From Clostridia bacterium (GTDB lineage: Bacteria; Bacillota; Sulfobacillia; SLMV01), in NCBI GenBank assembly GCA_003566675.1, contig PXCI01000054.1:1-57366 (forward strand): 57,366 nucleotides of DNA, in the 5' to 3' direction. Under the pieces are notes generated by a model. The model was not told where the DNA came from and ran no database searches. It saw only the letters and a program-made list of their open reading frames with translations. Below, in pieces: positions 49,646-57,366 of this stretch. A program made the position numbers and the translations under genes. Every line of letters starts with the position of its first letter. The stretch's first letter is position 1.

Positions 49646-49694
49646 TTGACACAGTCGCCACTTAATGGCATTATATAGATACCCCCATGGGTAT
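49646..49694 (+). promoter_or_regulatory. sigmaA promoter plus CsoR-type operator
   Basis: TTGACA-17 nt-CATTAT (TG extended) then ATACCC-CCAT-GGGTAT (49679-49694). Confidence 0.8.
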
Positions 49695-49817
49695 TTGAGT
49701 TCCGTGGAGGCCCAAACCAAAGGGGATTCCCCGTCGACGATCCCTGGCGCCTGTAGATGCAGGCAGGGGCGCAGGTCGGGAGACGGTGACGACCATCATC
49801 GAGGAGGGGGGGTTCCG

Positions 49818-50090
49818 TTGGCACAGTCGAGGGATGCCCGGGCAATCGCCAACCGGCTCGCGCGCGTCGAGGGGCAGATCCGCGGGGTGCGCATCATGGT
49901 GAAGGAAGGGCGCGAATGCGAAGACGTCCTTGCCCAGCTGAGCGCCGCTCATGCCGCTCTGGAAGCGGCCTCCAAGGCGGTGCTGGTTCACTTCATAGAC
50001 GAGTGCCTCCAGGCGAGGACAGACCGCGGGGAGCCCCAGGAGGAAACCCTGGAACGTTTGGCCGGACTCCTGTCCGCCACGCGCTTCTGA
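49818..50090 (+). CDS. csoR: CsoR/RcnR-family repressor
   Basis: RLARVEGQIRG, C.DVL.QLSA, H...C (Cys-His-Cys fingerprint); TTG after GAGGAGG. Confidence 0.88.
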   Translation: MAQSRDARAIANRLARVEGQIRGVRIMVKEGRECEDVLAQLSAAHAALEAASKAVLVHFIDECLQARTDRGEPQEETLERLAGLLSATRF

Positions 50091-50153
50091 GGGAAGGCGA
50101 CCCACCGACAGACCACGACCCTGCCCGCTTCATTTCGGAAAGCGAGGTGCCTT

Positions 50154-51302
50154 ATGAACCGCCAGTTGATTATTCCCGCGAGTCTCGTCCTGCTGGGGTT
50201 GATCACCCTGACCCTGCGGGCCGCTGGCGTCGGGGGAACCTTCCGCTTCGGGGAGAACCCGGCAGATACTGGGGCCCCGCGAGACGTCCCTCACCTGCCG
50301 CCCAACCCGAACACCGGGATCGACTACACAGGAACGGCACTCCGAGAGATCTACCTGGCCGGGGGATGTTTTTGGGGGGTAGACGCGTACCTCTCTCGCA
50401 TCTACGGCGTCGCCGAGCTGGTGGTTGGCTACGCCAACGGCCGCACGGAAGAGCCCACCTACGAGGACGTGCTGTATCTTAACACAGGCCACGCGGAGAC
50501 CGCCCGGGTGCGCTACGACCCCAGACGTCTCCCGCTCGGTGACCTGCTGGACCATTTCTTCAGCATCATCGATCCAACGGCGGTGAACCGCCAGGGGAAC
50601 GATGTCGGAAGCCAGTACCGAACGGGCATCTACTACACCGACCCGCGGGACCTGGAGACCATCGAGGCGGCCATGGCCCGGGTCCGCGACGAGGTCGGCG
50701 AGCCGCTGGCCACGGAGATCGAACCCCTGGAAAACTTCCACCCGGCAGAAGAATACCACCAGAAGTACCTGGAGAAGAACCCGGGCGGATACTGCCACGT
50801 GGACCTGTCGGCCCTGGAACGGGAACCGGGGCAGCCGGCGGGCCTGGTGGATCCGTCGCTTTACACCCGGCCCGACGATGGGACCCTGCGGGCCACCCTG
50901 ACGGACCTGCAATATGCCGTCACCCAGAAGGATGCCACGGAACCGCCCCACCGCAACGCGTTCTTTGATCACGACGAGCCCGGCGTGTACGTTGACATCG
51001 TCACCGGAGAGCCCCTGTTCGCCTCGGCCGACAAGTTCTCCTGCGGTTGCGGCTGGCCCTCCTTCGCCCGGCCCATCGACCCGGCCGTCGTAACCTACCA
51101 CGAGGACACCAGCCATGGGATGCTGCGCACCGAGGTGCGGAGCCGCGTTGGAGATTCCCACTTGGGCCACCTCTTCGAGGACGGTCCCGCCGAGCGGGGA
51201 GGATTGCGCTACTGCATCAACAGCGCCGCCCTGCGTTTCATCCCCATGGATCAGCTGAGGGCCAAGGGATACGGCTTCCTGCGGTCCCACCTACATCGAT
51301 GA
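50154..51302 (+). CDS. msrAB: Bifunctional methionine sulfoxide reductase MsrA/MsrB with N-terminal export/anchor segment
   Basis: [52 protein letters not shown]. Confidence 0.96.
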   Translation: MNRQLIIPASLVLLGLITLTLRAAGVGGTFRFGENPADTGAPRDVPHLPPNPNTGIDYTGTALREIYLAGGCFWGVDAYLSRIYGVAELVVGYANGRTEEPTYEDVLYLNTGHAETARVRYDPRRLPLGDLLDHFFSIIDPTAVNRQGNDVGSQYRTGIYYTDPRDLETIEAAMARVRDEVGEPLATEIEPLENFHPAEEYHQKYLEKNPGGYCHVDLSALEREPGQPAGLVDPSLYTRPDDGTLRATLTDLQYAVTQKDATEPPHRNAFFDHDEPGVYVDIVTGEPLFASADKFSCGCGWPSFARPIDPAVVTYHEDTSHGMLRTEVRSRVGDSHLGHLFEDGPAERGGLRYCINSAALRFIPMDQLRAKGYGFLRSHLHR

Positions 51303-51527
51303 ACTACCAGGGGGCGGATCCGGTGAGGATTCATCCTCGGAGAACCCACCCCGATCTCGCAGAGATCCTGACAGCAGAGCCCGGGGGCAAGCCACGGGAC
51401 GATGAGTCTGGCGATGGGGCGATAAACCGGGTCGCGACGGCATCGGTGACGAAGTCCGAGAGCACCATCGCCCCCATCCGTGCCGGGGCCAGGGTAATCC
51501 GGGGATCCGCGAGGGCGGGGAGCCACA

Positions 51528-51962
51528 TCATCCGGTCCGCCCCCTGGGCCTCACTGACGAAACTTTAAAGCCAGCCTTCTCATAAACTCGCACTGCAGGC
51601 TTGTTGCGAATATTGACGTTTAATCGAATTTCATCTCCTGTGTAGCCAAAGTGGCGGACAGCAAAACGAATGCCCTGGTTGACGAAACTCTTTCCAAGCC
51701 CCTTTCCAACCTTCTCCGGATGCAGGGCGAGACCAATCTCCATGTCTTGATCCGCAATGCTTACCTCGAACAACCCTGCCAGCCTGTCTTTATGATCTAG
51801 GGCCACAAACCCTTCACATCCTCCGGGGCCCTTCATCTTGCCTTTTTGGCTGTAGATTGTCCGATAAGACCCGACCAGAATACTCCTCACATGGCCGTCA
51901 TAACTCCAGGTCTCTATCTCTTCTGCGTAACTCAATGTCATAGGAGCAAATCGGAATTCCAT
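51528..51962 (-). CDS. GNAT acetyltransferase, C-terminus probably replaced
   Basis: IGLAL.P...GKGLG, N.PA..VYEKAGF; tail switches into GC-rich DNA at ~51560. Confidence 0.8.
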   Translation of the reverse strand: MEFRFAPMTLSYAEEIETWSYDGHVRSILVGSYRTIYSQKGKMKGPGGCEGFVALDHKDRLAGLFEVSIADQDMEIGLALHPEKVGKGLGKSFVNQGIRFAVRHFGYTGDEIRLNVNIRNKPAVRVYEKAGFKVSSVRPRGRTG

Positions 51963-52142
51963 GATTCTCCCTTCGGCCGATACCCATCACAACAACACCC
52001 ACAGCCTATTCATGTGAGAAGATGCGTCTAGGCATAGCACATAGAAGCCAGCAAGGGATGGAGAATCAGAATGTGTCCCTTCAATACCAGGGCCAGCCCC
52101 AAAAGCCCTGATCAACACAGTGGGTATTCCCACTCGTCAGAC

Positions 52143-52718
52143 TCAGCGGCAAACCACGATCACGGAGCCAAAAACCGCACTCGCTTCGATGTAAATTGAC
52201 GGCCCGTCCTCTGTGTATCCTGGCGAGGTATAGGTGTGTTCGCCAAAGGACGATGATTGGCCATCCGGAGTCTCGACACGACCAAAGACAGAGCTCGCCT
52301 TCACCCGTACGGCCACGTCTCCGGGCACCCGAATTGTCGTTGAGCCGAAAACTGAGTTGAACCCGAACGCAAGCCTCTCATCACCAGGGGGCGGATCAAT
52401 CGTGAATATGCCCTCACCAAATATCACGTTGTGTTCTGCGGACCGATTGAGATCTGCAGTCACTTGCCCCATCAAAACTGTCGAAGGGTCCTTGTCAAGT
52501 CGTCGATCCATGATCGACCACTGCTCCGCGCGGGCCGATGGGTACATGCCAAAGTGTCCACCGAAAACCATAACTAGGCCCACATAGACAAGGAAGACCC
52601 CCACCGCCAAACGGAACAGTGAAATCCTCATATTTGTGAAAGATATGATGAGCGCAACCGAACCGATAATGAGGAAATATACTCCCCAGAACACTCCCGT
52701 AAAGAGATGGATGAGCAC
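52143..52718 (-). CDS. LiaF-like membrane protein (DUF2154-type C-terminal beta domain)
   Basis: N-terminal TMs; repeated N/S.VFG motifs, IRVP. Confidence 0.75.
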   Translation of the reverse strand: MLIHLFTGVFWGVYFLIIGSVALIISFTNMRISLFRLAVGVFLVYVGLVMVFGGHFGMYPSARAEQWSIMDRRLDKDPSTVLMGQVTADLNRSAEHNVIFGEGIFTIDPPPGDERLAFGFNSVFGSTTIRVPGDVAVRVKASSVFGRVETPDGQSSSFGEHTYTSPGYTEDGPSIYIEASAVFGSVIVVCR

Positions 52719-52959
52719 AGCGATCCCTCCCTATTCCTGATCCATGCTACCACTACAACATGGACCGGGCAATGCACATCAGGAGAAGGACTTTGCAGTT
52801 TAAATATTTCATCTGCTCGATCTTAGACAGTCGGAATTTCCGGTTGACCCCATCCACAAAGTCCTTCCTCCTTGGCTGTCATCGACCGCCACCCGCACGA
52901 TCGCTACCACTCATAACATCAGGACTACGATGGCGCCTGCTAACGACGAATGCAAGCCA

Positions 52960-53916
52960 TCACTCAGGCATGATTCCCATCGGGACCTGCCGCTCTTCAT
53001 TGACAAGCAGTTTGAACACGTCAGGCCGACTGTAATGACCCGTCACATCAAATTCCAGGCGGCTTGCGGGAATTCTGGACATATCCAGGTCAGCGATGAG
53101 AATTTCCTCCTTGCCGTAAACCGGTTCCACCACGTATTCGCCCATGGGGTCAACAATGGAACTGCCTCCGGAACAAACCGTATCAGCTTTGGGCAAATCC
53201 TCCTGGCAGGCCAGATCATCAGGATACATGTCAGCCGTTACGTACTGGTTGCAGCCAAGAACAAAGCAGCGGCCCTCGAGAGCGATGTGCCGCAGGGTGG
53301 CCTGCCAACGCTCGCGCTCGTCTGCTGTGGGGGCCAGGTATAAGTCCACTCCCTTGGCGTACATCGCAGCCCGGGCCAGCGGCATGTAGTTCTCCCAACA
53401 GATCAGGCTCCCGAGCTTGCCTCCGGGGGTGTCGATGACCGGTAAAGTGCTGCCGTCGCCCTCGCCCCAGATGAGGCGTTCGGCCGCGGTGGGTTTGAGC
53501 TTGCGATGCTTTCCCAGCAGTCTGCCATCGGGGCCAAAATACAGAACAGTGCAAAATAGGGTGCCCCCTGAGAAGTCAGCATCTCTCTCAATGACGCCCA
53601 TGACAAGATAAATCCCATAGCGGGACGCAGTCTCAGCCAGAACCTCCGTTGTCCTATCCCCAACCTCAACAGAACTCTGCCAGTAACGAAGCCAGTCCGC
53701 CCTGCCTTCCTCGGTCCTTCCTCCAACGTGGGTACCAAACGAAAGCCCTCGAGGATACCCGGAGATAAAGGCCTCGGGGAAGAGAACCATCTCGGCCCCT
53801 GAGGCTGCCGCCTCACCGATCAGCTTCACTGCCTTCTCAGTGCAAGCAGCACGATCCATCAAGACTGAGCCTGCCTGCACAACTGCAACTCGGTACACAT
53901 GTTCCATATCACCCAT
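52960..53916 (-). CDS. Nitrilase (carbon-nitrogen hydrolase)
   Basis: E-K-C triad: FPEAFI.GYP, HRKLKPT..ER..WG.GDGS, ICWENYMPL. Confidence 0.93.
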   Translation of the reverse strand: MGDMEHVYRVAVVQAGSVLMDRAACTEKAVKLIGEAAASGAEMVLFPEAFISGYPRGLSFGTHVGGRTEEGRADWLRYWQSSVEVGDRTTEVLAETASRYGIYLVMGVIERDADFSGGTLFCTVLYFGPDGRLLGKHRKLKPTAAERLIWGEGDGSTLPVIDTPGGKLGSLICWENYMPLARAAMYAKGVDLYLAPTADERERWQATLRHIALEGRCFVLGCNQYVTADMYPDDLACQEDLPKADTVCSGGSSIVDPMGEYVVEPVYGKEEILIADLDMSRIPASRLEFDVTGHYSRPDVFKLLVNEERQVPMGIMPE

Positions 53917-54217
53917 CGCCAGTACCTCCCTACTCGATCATTCCAGGTCCATAATACCAGAAATATGCCATGAGGTGCCTACAAGGACTCGTCACCCCGG
54001 ATCCTATCCCAGGCACAGCGGTGCATCATGGCTCATCCCAACTTGATCCGAAGGGACGCCACCCCAGACATGATGCACGTTTGTTGTGACCTCGTAAACG
54101 GATCCACTACTTGTTGACAGGGTCACACCCTATCAGATGCGATATAATGTACTAGATGGTATCCAGAGCCATACTACGTCAGCTTCAAGAAGCTTCATGA
54201 GAGGGGCGCTGCTCATA

Positions 54218-55057
54218 ATGCGCAGGTTGCGATCCATAATAATCGTTGCTATTGCCTGCATCATCCTAGCTTATTCACTGGGTGCTGTGTACGGTGAGGT
54301 GATCATACCAAATGGACAAGCTGAGCAAGAGGATGAGCACGAACCCTTTGCGGAACCCAGTACCCCTCACGATGACCGCCCGGAACCCCGTTCTCCGGAT
54401 GAAGTCGATGACACCTCATCCGCCAGGGATCTACCTTGCCTTGAGGAAACCGCAATGGTCACGACGGAGGGGATCCAGATCGTCACCAATCCGGATCATG
54501 TACTGGTCCTGGTCAACAAGGAACGAAATCTGCCACCTGACTACATACCCAACGATCTCGTCGCCCCCGAGATCCCCTTCCCCTTTGAGGGAGATGATCC
54601 CAGGAAGCTGATGCAACGGGAGGCAGCCGAAGCCCTGCAACAATTGGTAGCGGGCGCCTTGGAGGAGTCTCTGGAGCTCTATGGGCTTTCGGGCTACAGA
54701 TCGTATGAGACACAGAAGCAAATATTCGCATACAACGTCCAACGGCGGGGTGAAGAGGCGGCAAACCAATTCAGTGCACGGCCGGGACAGAGTGAACACC
54801 AGACGGGATTGGCGATGGACGTCACATCGCGCCAGGTGGATTTTGGCCTGACCCAGGCCTTTGGCAAAACGGCCGAGGGACGTTGGCTAAAGGAGCATGC
54901 CCATGAATTTGGCTTCATCATTCGTTACCCCGCGGGCAAGGAACAGATCACTGGCTACCAGTACGAACCATGGCACCTGCGCTATGTTGGCGTCGAGCAT
55001 GCTCATGCAATTCAAGCATCGGGACTCACACTGGAGGAGTACCTCGAGAAGAAGTAG
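54218..55057 (+). CDS. M15B D-Ala carboxypeptidase (VanY/LdcB-like)
   Basis: N-terminal TM, LVNK, SGYRS, SEHQTGLAMD, EPWHLRYVG. Confidence 0.93.
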   Translation: MRRLRSIIIVAIACIILAYSLGAVYGEVIIPNGQAEQEDEHEPFAEPSTPHDDRPEPRSPDEVDDTSSARDLPCLEETAMVTTEGIQIVTNPDHVLVLVNKERNLPPDYIPNDLVAPEIPFPFEGDDPRKLMQREAAEALQQLVAGALEESLELYGLSGYRSYETQKQIFAYNVQRRGEEAANQFSARPGQSEHQTGLAMDVTSRQVDFGLTQAFGKTAEGRWLKEHAHEFGFIIRYPAGKEQITGYQYEPWHLRYVGVEHAHAIQASGLTLEEYLEKK

Positions 55058-55256
55058 GGACACAGCGCAGAATACAACGGAAAAGAATTGTGATCCTCGT
55101 CCCAAGCGCCATCGCGGGCAATACTGTCCATGAAAACACCCTCTTCTATTTGACACGTATCTCGGACCCCACCAGTCGGCTGAACAGGCCGGGCTCATTT
55201 ACGGATCAAGCCTGTTCAGATCCACACACTGTCAATCGGAGTCACCCCTGCTTCAT

Positions 55257-55805
55257 TCATCGCTTGCTTTTGATCTCGGCAAAGACAGGAATCTTCTGGG
55301 CTGCATGGACGATCGGGGGAATCAGGATTAACTGGATGACAATCCCCGGCCAACTGCCTATCAGCCCCACGGTCAGCGGAAACCAAAGGGGGACCCTGTC
55401 AAGGCCGATCAGTGGTAGGGCAACATACCCCAGAACACCATAGATCAGTCTGCCGCCAAACATGGCGATAATCAGAGACAGCCACAAGTTCGCACGCTGT
55501 TTGAAATATATGAGGCCCGACAGCACCCCAAAGACGCCCAGCTCAAACGTCATCATGATGGCCATCGGAATCGGAGGGGGCATTCCTGTAAGCAGACTAC
55601 TAAGACCTGGAGTTATGATACCCGCAACAAACCCAACGACGGGGCCCGCCAAAAGACCTGCCAAAAATACGGGTATATGCATCGGGAGAAACAGCCTACC
55701 CGCGCCGGGCCCACCGACAAAATGAAAGGCCATGGGTGTAAGAAGGCCCAGGGCTATAAAAAGGCCCGTGAGGGTGATTTTCTGTGCAGACGTCACAATT
55801 AACAC
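55257..55805 (-). CDS. ECF transporter S component
   Basis: FLPMHIPV.L.GL..GP..G, SS.LTGMPP, M..EL, GR, GI.IQL..IP. Confidence 0.9.
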   Translation of the reverse strand: MLIVTSAQKITLTGLFIALGLLTPMAFHFVGGPGAGRLFLPMHIPVFLAGLLAGPVVGFVAGIITPGLSSLLTGMPPPIPMAIMMTFELGVFGVLSGLIYFKQRANLWLSLIIAMFGGRLIYGVLGYVALPLIGLDRVPLWFPLTVGLIGSWPGIVIQLILIPPIVHAAQKIPVFAEIKSKR

Positions 55806-56027
55806 CTTCCTTCACAAGAATTTAGACGCTGATAGTGTAGCACAAATCTTGCAATGTGTGCCACTACTGCGAGAACCGACTTTGGGATCCCGCAAGCATC
55901 ACGCAGAATAAACTGTGTGAACTTGCACCCCTCCAATAAAGGTCAACCGATCATTCATAGCAGGATTCTCCCCGATTTTCTCGAACCTGCCTACATGTAG
56001 ATTGGCATTCTGAAGGGAGACCTGGCA

Positions 56028-56501
56028 GTGCACCAGATGCGACGCAGCGACCGAGCAATGACAGAAGCTGAGGCATGGGAATTTCTACGACAACAGGACG
56101 TTGGAAGGCTCGGGATTATTGCAGACAGTGAGCCCTATGTGGTACCCCTCAACTACGTGGTCGTGGGAGAAAGCATCTACTTCCACAGTGCCCGAGAGGG
56201 CCTCAAAATGGACGCGATCCAGAGAAGCCCCCGGGTCTGTTTCCTAGTGGACCAGTTCATCGGCATCAAACATGGAGCCGGAGCTTGTGACTTCAGTGCC
56301 TACTACCGCAGCGTAATGGCCCGGGGCAAGGCTCAACTGCTGCAAGACATCGAAGAGATAACCGGGATTCTCAATGCGCTGACCCTCAAATATGCAAGGG
56401 GGCAGGAGTTTGAGCCTGCTACCAGCAATGGGCTCATGCCAACAGCCGTCGTGCAGATCCACGTAGAGCACATTTCGGGGAAGCAACTACTACCACAGTG
56501 A
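56028..56501 (+). CDS. Pyridoxamine 5'-phosphate oxidase-like (NimA-type) flavoprotein
   Basis: MRR.DR, PYVVPLNY, IYFHSA.EG.K, P.VCF, YRSV...G, SGK. Confidence 0.9.
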   Translation: MHQMRRSDRAMTEAEAWEFLRQQDVGRLGIIADSEPYVVPLNYVVVGESIYFHSAREGLKMDAIQRSPRVCFLVDQFIGIKHGAGACDFSAYYRSVMARGKAQLLQDIEEITGILNALTLKYARGQEFEPATSNGLMPTAVVQIHVEHISGKQLLPQ

Positions 56502-56508
56502 CCAACCG

Positions 56509-57000
56509 TTACGCCTGATCACAAAGGGTCCTGTAAAGATCGACGAGAAACAAGAGCTTGTAGCGCTGATGTCTGGTAGCTTCGGACTCATTCGGAGACG
56601 GGTTCCTCAAAAGGTCCTTGAGAATCGCGAGATGAACTTCGCGGTCCCCCAGGGAGGATTCTTCTGGTTCTTCATACTCAATCGTGTGGGAGAAATCCCA
56701 TCCGAGTTGGCCACGGAACGGTTCACTCTTCACGAGGTATTTGGGTCTTGGACCAAACCTCATTGATAACCTGAGGCCAGAACCCCAGGGTTCTACGTAG
56801 GACAGATCCTGAATCTGTAGCCACAAATTTTCAGCTTCGTCGCCCGGGGGCATCCGCATAAGCTCCACGATGATGACCTCGTACATCCGGTATCTTTCAC
56901 GACGATCTGGGTGCGGATCCGCAAGGTAGGGACGGATCTGACGCTGCAAAATGTTCATGAGTTTCTCTTTGACACGCGAAACAGGCCTCCCAACACCCAC
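56509..57000 (-). CDS. Hypothetical protein
   Basis: 163-codon ORF with GAAGGGG RBS and protein-like composition; no recognised motif. Confidence 0.55.
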   Translation of the reverse strand: MGVGRPVSRVKEKLMNILQRQIRPYLADPHPDRRERYRMYEVIIVELMRMPPGDEAENLWLQIQDLSYVEPWGSGLRLSMRFGPRPKYLVKSEPFRGQLGWDFSHTIEYEEPEESSLGDREVHLAILKDLLRNPSPNESEATRHQRYKLLFLVDLYRTLCDQA

Positions 57001-57131
57001 TCTACGATCCCCCTTCAGCCACCTAGTACAAATAAGATAATACTTTTAGAGAGAAAAGGGAAAGTCCATGGGTATCTTCCCTGTATTATAGATCCATTAT
57101 AGGAACAGAAACCGTTCAATTTCGGGTTCCT

Positions 57132-57366
57132 TGCCTATTCCGGTGAAATCGGCCGGCTGGTCCGGAGCAAAGCGGCCGCCCATTCCGGACCAAATCGGCC
57201 ACCTCCGTTTGTCCCCTCGGAGCGAAGCGACGTGAGCAGTTTTCAGTTATCTTTAGTCTTTGACATCTGCTCGGGAATCACCTTCCTCATGGACTCACCT
57301 TTCATGATGAGTCGATGACTGGAATGAACCAGTCGATCCAAAATGGCATCAGCCACGGTGGGGTCA
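57132..57366 (-). mobile_element. IS21-family element, right end (continues beyond window)
   Basis: TG terminus at 57132, three ~22-23-bp repeats (TCCGG..AAATCGGCC), GAGCGAAGCGAC motif, istB 3' end. Confidence 0.9.
57243..57366 (-). CDS. istB: IS21 helper ATPase IstB, C-terminal fragment
   Basis: [28 protein letters not shown]...stop (not in ORF track). Confidence 0.93.
   Translation of the reverse strand, partial: DPTVADAILDRLVHSSHRLIMKGESMRKVIPEQMSKTKDN

Noticed and set aside
50130..51290. 386-aa antisense ORF opposite msrAB
   Set aside because: Typical stop-free shadow frame of a GC-rich gene
54218..55057. vanY as evidence of glycopeptide resistance
   Set aside because: No vanHAX or vanRS context; housekeeping M15B peptidases are widespread

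Overview
Chromosomal window from a spore-forming, probably anaerobic, amino-acid/peptide-fermenting Bacillota (Firmicutes) of moderately high GC. The left ~11 kb (minus strand) is the conserved origin-proximal block tRNA-Arg, tadA, tRNA-Ser x2, SRP RNA, dnaX, ybaB, recR, yaaL, bofA, followed by a four-subunit pyruvate:ferredoxin oxidoreductase operon, tRNA-Gln/Glu and the 5' end of a 16S rRNA with three tandem promoters. The rest is accessory metabolism (ureohydrolase, two amidinotransferase/DDAH-fold enzymes, ThDP enzyme plus tyrosine phenol-lyase, peptidases, nitrilase, transporters), cell-envelope/sporulation genes, and a decaying zone at ~46-52 kb (frameshifted genes, an ISAs1/DUF4338 relic, a GC-rich csoR-msrAB cassette). 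The window ends inside an IS21 element. No CRISPR array, prophage or intact defence operon is visible. Best candidates for undescribed biology: a translationally coupled two-gene Fe-S module of unknown function (21636-23023) followed by a hairpin-dense intergenic region, a stand-alone NxTPH-motif protein resembling cOA ring nucleases (17026-17367), a CsoR-type operator/repressor controlling an exported MsrAB, and a dispersed set of guanidino-compound enzymes. All family calls are from motif recognition only; no searches were run.
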